Below are positions 45,838-54,097 of a stretch of DNA of 64,000 nucleotides, piece by piece; position 1 is the first letter of the stretch, and every line of letters starts with the position of its first letter. A model generated the notes under the pieces. That model ran no database searches and was not told the DNA's origin. It worked only from the letters and a program-made list of their open reading frames with translations. Source of the stretch: Oligoflexales bacterium (GTDB lineage: Bacteria > Bdellovibrionota_B > Oligoflexia > Oligoflexales > Bog-1112); NCBI GenBank assembly GCA_045105515.1, contig JBGCDR010000035.1:413-64412 (forward strand). Direction: 5' to 3'. The translations under genes and the position numbers were made by a program.

Positions 45838-46926
45838 TCAATAATTTACATCGCTATTTTTATTGTTGTAATTTTGGCTCTTGTTAGCATTGGAATTATT
45901 ATAACTCTCGCTCTGGTTGGTGTTTGGGCTATTGCCATTCTGACCTTGAGTATAATTTTGGCTAAAATCTGAGTTATTACTTTGATTGGGATTTGAACCA
46001 TTAGTTTGGTCCGAATTAATGTTTGAGTTGGTATCTTCCTGATTTTGATTGAAGCTTTGATTATAGTTATTAGTATTCTGATTTTCATTTTCCAAGTCAT
46101 CTTCTGAATTCATACCTTGGACTGCATCATAACCAGGCGGAACTAGCTCCTCTAATGATTTATAATATACTTCAATTCCCCGCGTCTTCAAGCCTGCATT
46201 TCGAATATCCTGCAAGCTTACATACTGTGAACGTCCAATTTTAACCCAATTATTTTCAATAGTTAAAGCATGGACATAGTCCCCACGATTCAAGTAGCCA
46301 ACAATTTCAAACTTTCTATTTGGACCTAGATGGACACTTCCCCGTGGCACCACAACATAAAAAACTCCCTCCGCATGCCCCGCTAAAAAACTTGAGAAAT
46401 GCTGACGAAATTCGTCTAAGTTAGAACGTTGATCACCTGAGACTGAGCTACTGGGATCAAGACTCGTTGCCACATTCGAATTTCCGTATGAATTTCCTTG
46501 CGAGAAGCTATTTCCATATTGATCTTGATCTTGAGTATCACTATAGTTTTGGTCTTGGTCGAAAAAATCGTCATCATTTTCGGAATAGTTATTATTTCCA
46601 AAAGATTGATCATCGAGGTTCTCATCTACTGAATTGCCGAACTCGTTACCTTGAAGATCTTCATTGCCATTGTTCTCATAGCTACCATTATCGTACTGGT
46701 TAGAATTCTCAGAATATTGGTCAGAGTTCTCGTTACCATTCTCTTCTTGATCATAGTCTTCAGAGTTTTGGGAATTTCCTTCTTGGTAATCTTCAGAGTC
46801 TTCCTCTCCTTCTTGTTGAGAAGCAACTTCCTCTGTAAGCTGCTGCTGATCGGAAGAACAAGAAACTACTTGTATAAATAATCCGATACTACATAGCATC
46901 AAAAAATTAAATGAATGCAGCTTCAT
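45838..46926 (-). CDS. Lipoprotein with a central SH3b-like domain flanked by D/E/Q/N/S-rich low-complexity regions
   Basis: Lipobox VVSC. The acidic N-terminal region is rich in repeated Q, E, D, N and S. The central part, VVVPRGSVHLGPNRKFEIVGYLNRGDYVHALTIENNWVKIG, looks like a bacterial SH3. The C-terminal tail is N/Q/S-rich. Confidence 0.6.
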   Translation of the reverse strand: MKLHSFNFLMLCSIGLFIQVVSCSSDQQQLTEEVASQQEGEEDSEDYQEGNSQNSEDYDQEENGNENSDQYSENSNQYDNGSYENNGNEDLQGNEFGNSVDENLDDQSFGNNNYSENDDDFFDQDQNYSDTQDQDQYGNSFSQGNSYGNSNVATSLDPSSSVSGDQRSNLDEFRQHFSSFLAGHAEGVFYVVVPRGSVHLGPNRKFEIVGYLNRGDYVHALTIENNWVKIGRSQYVSLQDIRNAGLKTRGIEVYYKSLEELVPPGYDAVQGMNSEDDLENENQNTNNYNQSFNQNQEDTNSNINSDQTNGSNPNQSNNSDFSQNYTQGQNGNSPNTNQSESYNNSNANKSQNYNNKNSDVNY

Positions 46927-47195
46927 GACAGCCTCACTTACTATTTAGAAATTAAAACCTGCCGTCTTACTATCGGGTAAATTAATATTTTTTTAATATT
47001 TAAAATAATCTATATTGGGATAAATTCTAAATTAAAGATAAACTTATTTATATACAATATATTAAAAAAATGGCGTAAATGTAATTTTTTAATATAAAAA
47101 TGTAGTTTGACTAGCATAAGATCAATTATGATAGGAATTTTTATCCAAGTGGGGTAAGAGCGATAAAGCCCAAAAGCAATCCATGAAACTCACCT

Positions 47196-48167
47196 TTATG
47201 ATGATTTAAAGGAGAATTGGTAAATATGAGCGCTGCCCCCAAATGGTTCACCAAATTCATTGGAAAATCTGGTCCATTTTCCTTTGATCTGTGAAGATTC
47301 AAACATAAAATTCCCAAGATTTTGCTTCGCAGTTCTGCCTAGAATTCCCGAGTCCACCCTAAATTTGTAATAACTTTCTTGCGAATGGAGGTAAGGAGGA
47401 ATAGGCAAAGCAAACTTTATTTTTTGCGATTGCCCTGGATATCCAGCAGGGAACATAGCTACAATCTTATTCTTATGTATGATTTTTATTGCTGGGAAAT
47501 AAGAATCATCAGTAAGTTCTGGCATTGTTCGTGTTACACTCACATAAGCATCTTTTTCTTCGGTAGCCTTTTGATTTCTAATTTCACAAGCACCCACCCA
47601 TTCGCTCTTATCTACATTATTATAGAATTCTATCGCTTCCTTAAGTCCTGAATAAGCATCTACATAACCCGTAAAAGTTTGAATCAATGGCTGTTCACAT
47701 TCGCTGTATTTTTTCAATATCTCAACATGTGTTTCACTGTGACAACCACATAAAGCTACAAACTTAATTCCAAGGTTTAGTTGATAAAAAAAAGGCTTAA
47801 TATCAACACGATCATTTCTACCGTTGTAGCTTATAAATAGGCCCTTTTTTGAGAATAAATTAAGCTGCCGACTAGCTAATTTATTCATATGAGCAAATAG
47901 AAATATTCCTTCAATATTATTTGAACTAACTACTTTATATAAATCATAAGGATCTATATTTCTGAAAGTTTCAAATTCATTATCACGTCTGTCAATTGAG
48001 GCGAAAAATTCATTTTCTAGCTTCAAAGCAAGAGCATCTTCACTTCTCCCCAGATTAGTAATTAATACTATTTTTTTTGAAGGAGAAGCACATATTTTTT
48101 CATAAAAAAAAGAACAAACCAAAACTATGGAGCATAAGAATTTAAAATTTTTCAAACAGTCTCTCAA
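47196..48167 (-). CDS. Hypothetical secreted protein (323 aa)
   Basis: Signal-peptide-like N-terminus (FLCSIVLVCSFFYEKICASP). Hydrophobic strand-His (GIFLFAHMN) and strand-Cys (KFVALCGCHSE) pairs are present. No confident family assignment. Confidence 0.5.
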   Translation of the reverse strand: MRDCLKNFKFLCSIVLVCSFFYEKICASPSKKIVLITNLGRSEDALALKLENEFFASIDRRDNEFETFRNIDPYDLYKVVSSNNIEGIFLFAHMNKLASRQLNLFSKKGLFISYNGRNDRVDIKPFFYQLNLGIKFVALCGCHSETHVEILKKYSECEQPLIQTFTGYVDAYSGLKEAIEFYNNVDKSEWVGACEIRNQKATEEKDAYVSVTRTMPELTDDSYFPAIKIIHKNKIVAMFPAGYPGQSQKIKFALPIPPYLHSQESYYKFRVDSGILGRTAKQNLGNFMFESSQIKGKWTRFSNEFGEPFGGSAHIYQFSFKSS

Positions 48168-48209
48168 TACTTAAAATAGACAAATTTGGATCCATAATCA
48201 AAGTTGGAA

Positions 48210-48815
48210 TTATAGATCATTTAGTTGGTATTCAGCAATCTTGGAACAAGTCTGAAGTAATGATCCCATTTCAGATAAATCACCCAATTCCATCCAGGCT
48301 CGCAAGCTTTCTTTATAACTTAGATTACTGGAATAGAGGCCTTCCAACTCAACAATTTGCTCTATTTTTATTGCGACAGTCTCTAGTATAGCGTTTACCT
48401 CCTCTATGTTATCATTATAATCTTCCATTTCTTCCAAAGTAATCCCAATCTTTTTAGCCTGATCAAATGCCAATTCACTAAAGATTAGGCTCTCTTCACC
48501 ACCTTCTGTTGGCAATAGAAAATATCCAGCGTTACGATTCATCAGTAGCTGTCTAACATTCTTAATAAATGGTGAATCTTCTTTGTGCTCATCTACACCA
48601 AAGTACTTCTTAATATTATAAGATGTTTTAGATGCTATCTGTTCCTTTGTAGCATCATCGCAGGCTACATCAAAACCTCCTCCTGCCAAAACGACTAAAC
48701 CCACGATAGCATGAGCTGATAAAAATAAGGTAGTCCCAACACCAGCCACAGCTTGCCCAGTTAATAAACATACAAGACTTATTGTCATACAAAAATTTAA
48801 ATATTTTTTCCTCAT
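48210..48815 (-). CDS. Hypothetical membrane/secreted protein (about 201 aa)
   Basis: The ATG at 48815 (MRKKYLNFCMTISLVCLLTG..) sits behind GAGGA. The 15-codon extension in the track ORF (to 48860) runs into the intergenic repeat region. Two hydrophobic segments are followed by an acidic helical domain. Confidence 0.5.
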   Translation of the reverse strand: MRKKYLNFCMTISLVCLLTGQAVAGVGTTLFLSAHAIVGLVVLAGGGFDVACDDATKEQIASKTSYNIKKYFGVDEHKEDSPFIKNVRQLLMNRNAGYFLLPTEGGEESLIFSELAFDQAKKIGITLEEMEDYNDNIEEVNAILETVAIKIEQIVELEGLYSSNLSYKESLRAWMELGDLSEMGSLLQTCSKIAEYQLNDL

Positions 48816-48865
48816 AAATTCCTCATCTAAAAGTTGTGAAAACCCACCTAAGCTTCCCAAAGAGC

Positions 48866-48934
48866 CATCTTACTCTTCTCCCTTCGAGAAGGAGCCTAAT
48901 ACCACGTCTTGGGGAGAGGAGGTCGAGTGAAAGT
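48866..48934. repeat. Dispersed intergenic repeat, copy B
   Basis: CCATCTTACTCTTCTCCCTTCGAGAAGGAGCCTAATACCACGTCTTGGGGAGAGGAGGTCGAGTGAAAG. Its reverse complement aligns with copy C at both ends. Confidence 0.45.
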
Positions 48935-49206
48935 GTTATTTATGAAAGACCCAACAACACCGTTCTAGTACTCTATCCACGAGAAATAATCAACATTAAG
49001 TCTTTAATCACATGGGTTATTATTGATAAGAACCATAAAAATTAGCAGGAACTGAAAACACAGCAATTACTTGCATAAACTATTCGCTAGTAGCTTAGAG
49101 TATTCACTAAGCATTTAATTATATTTATTCATGAAAAACTTGGAAAAATAAAAAAAATAAATTAAAAAGGAAGTTTAATGAAGGTGAGTAAATTTCTGAT
49201 CAAACA

Positions 49207-51417
49207 TCACCCAGTACTCGAAAGTTTTTCATTATAAATCAATTTATAGAATTCCATATTACGAAAGATTAGTTTGATATAGTTTCGCGTTTCTTTATAA
49301 GGTATAGATTCGATGAATTGAATTTGACTAAGGCCACCTCGCCTCCTAATCCATCTATCAGTTACAGCATCACCAGCATTATAGGCACTAAGCATATAGT
49401 CAATCCTTCCATCATATTTGTAAAACAATCGATTAAGAAGACTAATTCCAAGCTTTATATTCAAGCCTGGTTCAAATATATCATATTCATCTAGGTTTAA
49501 TTTTTTCGCCAGTATTTTTGCAGTACTAGGTATAATCTGCATTAATCCATTAGCATTAGCACTTGAAATTGCTACAGGATTAAATGCACTTTCTTGCCTG
49601 ATAAGTGAAACAACAAATTCGTATTTTAGAGGACTATTTAGCTTTTTAATGCTGTCTGCAATCTGTTCTCGATAAAGCAAGGGATATATATCCCTCCAAT
49701 TTAAGAAAGACTTTAAAGCGTCAAACTTATAGAAAACCTGAGGTCCCTTTATCGTTACAAAAGAAGGATGTTCAAATTGTTTAGCTTGCCCAAGGCTATA
49801 TGCAAACCATTCTGGGCTTTTTGAAAGGCGTTCAGAGAGTTCAGAAAGAACAAGGAATGCATCTTCATGAAGGCCAAATTCTCTAAGTTCCAAATACAAA
49901 TCCCATAAATGTTGATCTTTCAATCCAAGACTAAAGATGTGATTAGATTTATGATAATTATTGATTGGTTTTTTTGATCCTCCCAACTGATTCATAACTA
50001 GATTCTTAGGGAGTTGCCACTCCTTTAGTAGACGTAAGCTATAGTAATTCATTGGCTCATGGCTAATAAAATTGACTACTCTATCTCTTATGCTTTTAAC
50101 ATTGGTATGATTTCTTGATTTCAAAACTATTAAGAAGTAGAAGCAGGCTGAATAATAATCCCCTCTTGGGTACTTTTTAAGATAGCTTTCAAACAGCTTA
50201 GACGCATTTTCTTTTTTACTAAGGTAGGCAAGCCAAGCCATTCTAAAATCTAAGTTTTCTTCATGAGAGGTTCCTCTAATCCATTTTTCATTAATAGTAA
50301 GACTTTTAAATGCCTTTTTATGACTTCCTTGATCTTCTAAAATTCTACCTAGATCATAAGCAACAATAGAATAGTCTGGATGACCTTTAAAACTACTTAA
50401 AAACAAATCACTAGCTTTAATAGCTCTATCCAGATGTTGACGCTGCCACATTTTTCTAATGTAATATAAAACCAAGTCTGGAGGTAATTTTTTTAAAGAA
50501 CCATCGATTTTAGCAACAAAGGATCGATGAATACTAATTTTATCCTTTGATTCCAACGCTTCTAAATAACGGCTGATAAATTTTCTAAAGCTTGGAAGAT
50601 GATCTCCGAAATAGCTTTCTTCAGTTTGGCCAAGAAAGTCACTCCACTCGGGTATTTTATTGTCGACACTCCTTGAATTATTTCTCTTATTATTTTCAGA
50701 TCTTAGTTTCTGCTTCAAAGCAAGTTTTTTCCTAAGATTATAGAAAATTTTTCGATTCTGAATATTTTCTTGAGCTTCTATTTTTTCTAAAAGATGAGGA
50801 TGCTTCAGGATCAAACGCTGAAACCTTGTTAATTGTTTTGTTTCGAAATAAGATACTGCTACTAAATAGAGATGTTGATCGTTAACTGGCCTGTTTGCAA
50901 GCATTTGAGCATATTTAATTACCTTAAAATATGCTCCTTGAGAATAACTGATATTTATCAATTCATCGATAACCTGCCGACGCCAATAGTCCGAATCAAA
51001 ACTCTGTTTTTTAGTTTCAAACCTAACCGAATCTAAAAGTCCTAAAGATTGCTGCAAAAATTTTTGCTTTTGATTTGTGGAAATTGATTTATTCTGACTA
51101 GCCAGTAAATAGGTGAGGGCTTGATAAGATTTCAGGTAGTTCGAAGCCTGAAACGAACTAAAATCATGTTTTAAAAAGGGCATTGCGAAAGAGCCTAAAT
51201 CTGAAGGATCATCGCCGATCTTATATTGTTGAATCTGTGACCTTAGTAGAGCAATTTGGCCTGCAGTCAACTTTTTCAGTTTCTGGTCATTTTCTGCCAA
51301 AACATGACAAGGATGAGCGCAGATAACAGCAAGGATCAGAATTTGTATAACTTGTCGCAATAGTGGTGTCCTCGTAAATACGGCCACCCAATTTGGATCA
51401 GCAATTAGCCTAAGCAC
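49207..51417 (-). CDS. slt: Soluble lytic murein transglycosylase (Slt70-like): superhelical N-terminal domain plus a C-terminal SLT domain
   Basis: The C-terminal block IRQESAFNPVAISSANANGLMQIIPSTA...YNAG has the catalytic Glu and GLMQ motif of family 1 lytic transglycosylases. The N-terminal region is long and helical. A signal sequence is present. Confidence 0.85.
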   Translation of the reverse strand: MLRLIADPNWVAVFTRTPLLRQVIQILILAVICAHPCHVLAENDQKLKKLTAGQIALLRSQIQQYKIGDDPSDLGSFAMPFLKHDFSSFQASNYLKSYQALTYLLASQNKSISTNQKQKFLQQSLGLLDSVRFETKKQSFDSDYWRRQVIDELINISYSQGAYFKVIKYAQMLANRPVNDQHLYLVAVSYFETKQLTRFQRLILKHPHLLEKIEAQENIQNRKIFYNLRKKLALKQKLRSENNKRNNSRSVDNKIPEWSDFLGQTEESYFGDHLPSFRKFISRYLEALESKDKISIHRSFVAKIDGSLKKLPPDLVLYYIRKMWQRQHLDRAIKASDLFLSSFKGHPDYSIVAYDLGRILEDQGSHKKAFKSLTINEKWIRGTSHEENLDFRMAWLAYLSKKENASKLFESYLKKYPRGDYYSACFYFLIVLKSRNHTNVKSIRDRVVNFISHEPMNYYSLRLLKEWQLPKNLVMNQLGGSKKPINNYHKSNHIFSLGLKDQHLWDLYLELREFGLHEDAFLVLSELSERLSKSPEWFAYSLGQAKQFEHPSFVTIKGPQVFYKFDALKSFLNWRDIYPLLYREQIADSIKKLNSPLKYEFVVSLIRQESAFNPVAISSANANGLMQIIPSTAKILAKKLNLDEYDIFEPGLNIKLGISLLNRLFYKYDGRIDYMLSAYNAGDAVTDRWIRRRGGLSQIQFIESIPYKETRNYIKLIFRNMEFYKLIYNEKLSSTG

Positions 51418-51770
51418 TCAGGCAGCATTTTTTTAACCCTTTGCACTTTCAATAAGATATCGAAAATATATGATAAAGTCCAGAAGCACTCCCTAGGAGG
51501 TACTTAGTATTGCTAGTAATGACACCGAAACAAAGTGAAAACATAGTTTATTACTTCCAAATTCTAACTTCTAATGAAGGTGGCTCATTGACCAAAAATG
51601 TAGACACTTTAGACAGTCGACAGTAATGTAATCAATGAGATCTAATCTATAACTTTGGTCGAACATTTAAGCTATTAAAATCATATGTACTTAATCTGAA
51701 GTGACAACTGGTCCGTGAGTTGCATTATGATAGTTAGAGACATAATTCCTAATAAAACCCTCTCTCTGTA

Positions 51771-51803
51771 ATCCTTGTTTTTGTTAGCAAGGGTTATTTT
51801 TTT
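51771..51803 (+). terminator. Orphan intrinsic-terminator-like hairpin inside a 700-bp intergenic region
   Basis: ATCCTTG (51771-51777), a 10-nt loop, CAAGGGT (51788-51794, one G-U pair), then TATTTTTTT. No annotated plus-strand gene ends upstream of it. Confidence 0.4.
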
Positions 51804-52122
51804 GTCTAATTAATTTAATAAGTAAGAATTAGGTAAACATTTTTTTAGCTCAAACTATGATAAAGAGTGGAAATTATCCTATAAATCAATATTATCGAAA
51901 TCCTTAAGGAACGTAATTCAACGAGAATTTAAGAATCTTTTTGGGTAGAATTTAGCCAATTTGTGTGTCGTACAGGGGTCTAATGGTAATATCTTTACCA
52001 TTAATTTTCATTTAAGAGATATTTTGTACGATTATTCTTTATTCCTTGTTGCGTTTGATGCTAAACATAGCATGTAACTTTTGATTATGTTTTTTATGAT
52101 GTGTAGATAGGAAAATAAAATT

Positions 52123-52632
52123 ATGGAACAAAGCATGGAAATCAGCGAAAAAAACTATGTAAATGAAAATGAAATTCAAAAAACAGCATCTGGAGAGGAC
52201 ATGAGTTCTGATGCAGTTATGAGAAAGAGAAAGACTAGGGAAGAAAAAATCGCTTACGCTCGCGAGTACTATAAGAAAAATAAAGATAAAATTGCGATGC
52301 GACGTAAGTACTACCGAGAGAAAAACAAGGACTCTATTGCTGCTTACGCTAAGTCTTACAGAGAAAAAAACAAAAATAAGATTGCAGATCGTGCAAAAGA
52401 TTACCGAGAAGCAAACAAAAACAAAATCGCAGATTACGCAAAATCTTGGTATCAAAAGAACAAAGACGAAGTAGCTAAGAAGACTAAGCTTTACCGTGAA
52501 AAAAACAAAGAAAAGATCGCTCTAAAGAAGAAGCTATATCGAGAAAGAAAGAAAGCTGAACTTGCTGCTCACAAAAAACTGCTCCAAGAAAAAATGCTTG
52601 GTCAGTTAGAAAAGCAATCAAACCAAGCTTAG
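52123..52632 (+). CDS. Lys-rich protein made of seven tandem 15-residue repeats (YREKNKxKIAxxAKx)
   Basis: Residues 49-153 (nt 52267-52581) read YYKKNKDKIAMRRKY / YREKNKDSIAAYAKS / YREKNKNKIADRAKD / YREANKNKIADYAKS / WYQKNKDEVAKKTKL / YREKNKEKIALKKKL / YRERKKAELAAHKKL. Confidence 0.6.
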   Translation: MEQSMEISEKNYVNENEIQKTASGEDMSSDAVMRKRKTREEKIAYAREYYKKNKDKIAMRRKYYREKNKDSIAAYAKSYREKNKNKIADRAKDYREANKNKIADYAKSWYQKNKDEVAKKTKLYREKNKEKIALKKKLYRERKKAELAAHKKLLQEKMLGQLEKQSNQA

Positions 52633-52750
52633 CTTTAAAATGGGGCCAGATACTCTGGTCTCACCACCTTTCCCACCTTTCAAGTTTAATTTATATTCAT
52701 ATCACTGTATTCTTAGCTTATCCGATAGAACAATCTCAAGGTGCGCTATT

Positions 52751-53119
52751 ATGAGTCAGTGGTTTTTTGTTGCTCTTGGTGGAGCAATCGGAGCAATTCT
52801 TCGTGGGCTAATTCAACATGGATTAGAACAGCTAACTCACAACTTTCCGTTAGGAACTTTTACAGTCAACGCGCTAGGTTGCTTTCTTGCGGGTCTATTT
52901 ATTCCTTTCTGGCCCCTTTGGTCAGCAGGGGTAAAGGCATTCATTATCACTGGTTTCTTGGGAGCTTTAACCACTTATTCTAGCTTCGCAGTAGATTTTG
53001 TTAACCTGTTCACGGGTCAAAAAACGACTGTTGGTTTCAGTTACTTAGGCTTAACTATAGTCCTTTGTATCGGCCTCTGTTTTCTCGGCTACAGTTTAGG
53101 ACAAAAGCTGGCAACATAA
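52751..53119 (+). CDS. crcB: Fluoride ion channel CrcB/FluC
   Basis: MSQWFFVALGGAIGAILRG.....FPLGTFTVNALGCFLAG....GFLGALTTYSSF are the CrcB signatures. The ATG at 52751 (AAGGTG 8 nt upstream) is in frame with the track ORF start at 52640 and gives the usual length of about 122 aa. Confidence 0.85.
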   Translation: MSQWFFVALGGAIGAILRGLIQHGLEQLTHNFPLGTFTVNALGCFLAGLFIPFWPLWSAGVKAFIITGFLGALTTYSSFAVDFVNLFTGQKTTVGFSYLGLTIVLCIGLCFLGYSLGQKLAT

Positions 53120-53129
53120 GCACCAAAAT

Positions 53130-53951
53130 TTACCTATAGCTCTCTAAAGCTTTTCTGTTGGTAGATATTATCGCCTGCTTTTTCAGATCTTGAGACAATT
53201 GATATTGCATATCTCTTGCTCGAGCATGCTTCACGTCACTTTTCAATGATACATACTGTTTATCTTGATAATACTTCACATCATCTACCCTCATAATATG
53301 GTACCCTGAAGTGGTTTTTATAATATCGCGATACACATTTCCTTTTGCAGTAGTAAAAGCAGCTTTTTCGAAATGAATAGGTTGGCTTCCTTTAACAATC
53401 CAGCCTATTCTTCCTTGGCTCTCCGCATCAGAAATGGAATATTCTCGGACTAAAGCTGGAAAACTTGTAGGATTTTTTTGCACCAATCCAAGTACCTTAA
53501 AAGCGTCAGCTTCATCTCTTAACAAAATATGGGAAACCTCTACTTCCTGACGATAAAACATCTCATGATTCGTCTCAAAATAAGCCCTCAAAGATTCATC
53601 ACTCATATGATCCGCCATCCACCTCTCTGTCAAAAGAGACGCAAGGATTTGCTTTTTAGCCTGAGCAAGCCTTTGCTTGAACTCTTCACTTTTATCAAGG
53701 TTTTGAGCCATCGCTACTTGAGATTTAAGCTCCACCTCAGTGAGATGATCTAAAAACCTTTCTCTTAATTCAAGATCCTTAGCAACAAGAGAACCATGAG
53801 AACCTAAAGACTTTAGTGCACGGCGAAACTCGCTTACTGAAATATCTTTCCCATTTATGGTTGCTAAGGTTGAGCAGTAAGTCTCAAAGGAAAATAAAAA
53901 GACCCCCAAACGGAGAATGGTTTTCACAAACATCACGTCCTTACCTAACAA
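53130..53951 (-). CDS. Periplasmic PpiC/parvulin-type peptidyl-prolyl isomerase (SurA/PrsA-like)
   Basis: Signal peptide, N-terminal chaperone-like helical region and a parvulin domain (VSHILL....SGYHIMRV). Confidence 0.75.
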   Translation of the reverse strand: MLGKDVMFVKTILRLGVFLFSFETYCSTLATINGKDISVSEFRRALKSLGSHGSLVAKDLELRERFLDHLTEVELKSQVAMAQNLDKSEEFKQRLAQAKKQILASLLTERWMADHMSDESLRAYFETNHEMFYRQEVEVSHILLRDEADAFKVLGLVQKNPTSFPALVREYSISDAESQGRIGWIVKGSQPIHFEKAAFTTAKGNVYRDIIKTTSGYHIMRVDDVKYYQDKQYVSLKSDVKHARARDMQYQLSQDLKKQAIISTNRKALESYR

Positions 53952-54097
53952 AATGGAAAGCCTCTGTTAAATCCAACCGAAATACCCGGAAAAAAGACTT
54001 ACCCACTCCTTGTCACATTTAGGGACTATTTGCCCTTGTTGATGACGGTGGGTCAATTAGGCTTTAATTACATAACTCAGTCTTCTTAAACTTTTGA

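Noticed and set aside
45778-46881. Several 64-84 aa ORFs on both strands inside or next to the N/Q-rich lipoprotein gene (45778-45972, 45846-46100, 46416-46625, 46467-46703, 46626-46826, 46651-46881)
   Set aside because: They are by-products of low-complexity AAT/CAA/GAA-rich DNA and are nested in a longer ORF that has a lipobox and a folded domain.
52039-52455. 138-aa minus-strand ORF opposite the Lys-rich repeat gene
   Set aside because: It is the mirror frame of an A/G-rich repetitive coding sequence. The F/I/V/S-rich nonsense composition and absence of an RBS mark it as a shadow ORF.
52633-52750. Fluoride (crcB-motif) riboswitch expected upstream of crcB
   Set aside because: I could not find the conserved GGxGAUGG...CUGAUGAUxCCUAC-type elements here or upstream of the repeat-protein gene (51960-52122). 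Only a weak 7-bp hairpin (GGCCAGA/TCTGGTC) is present.
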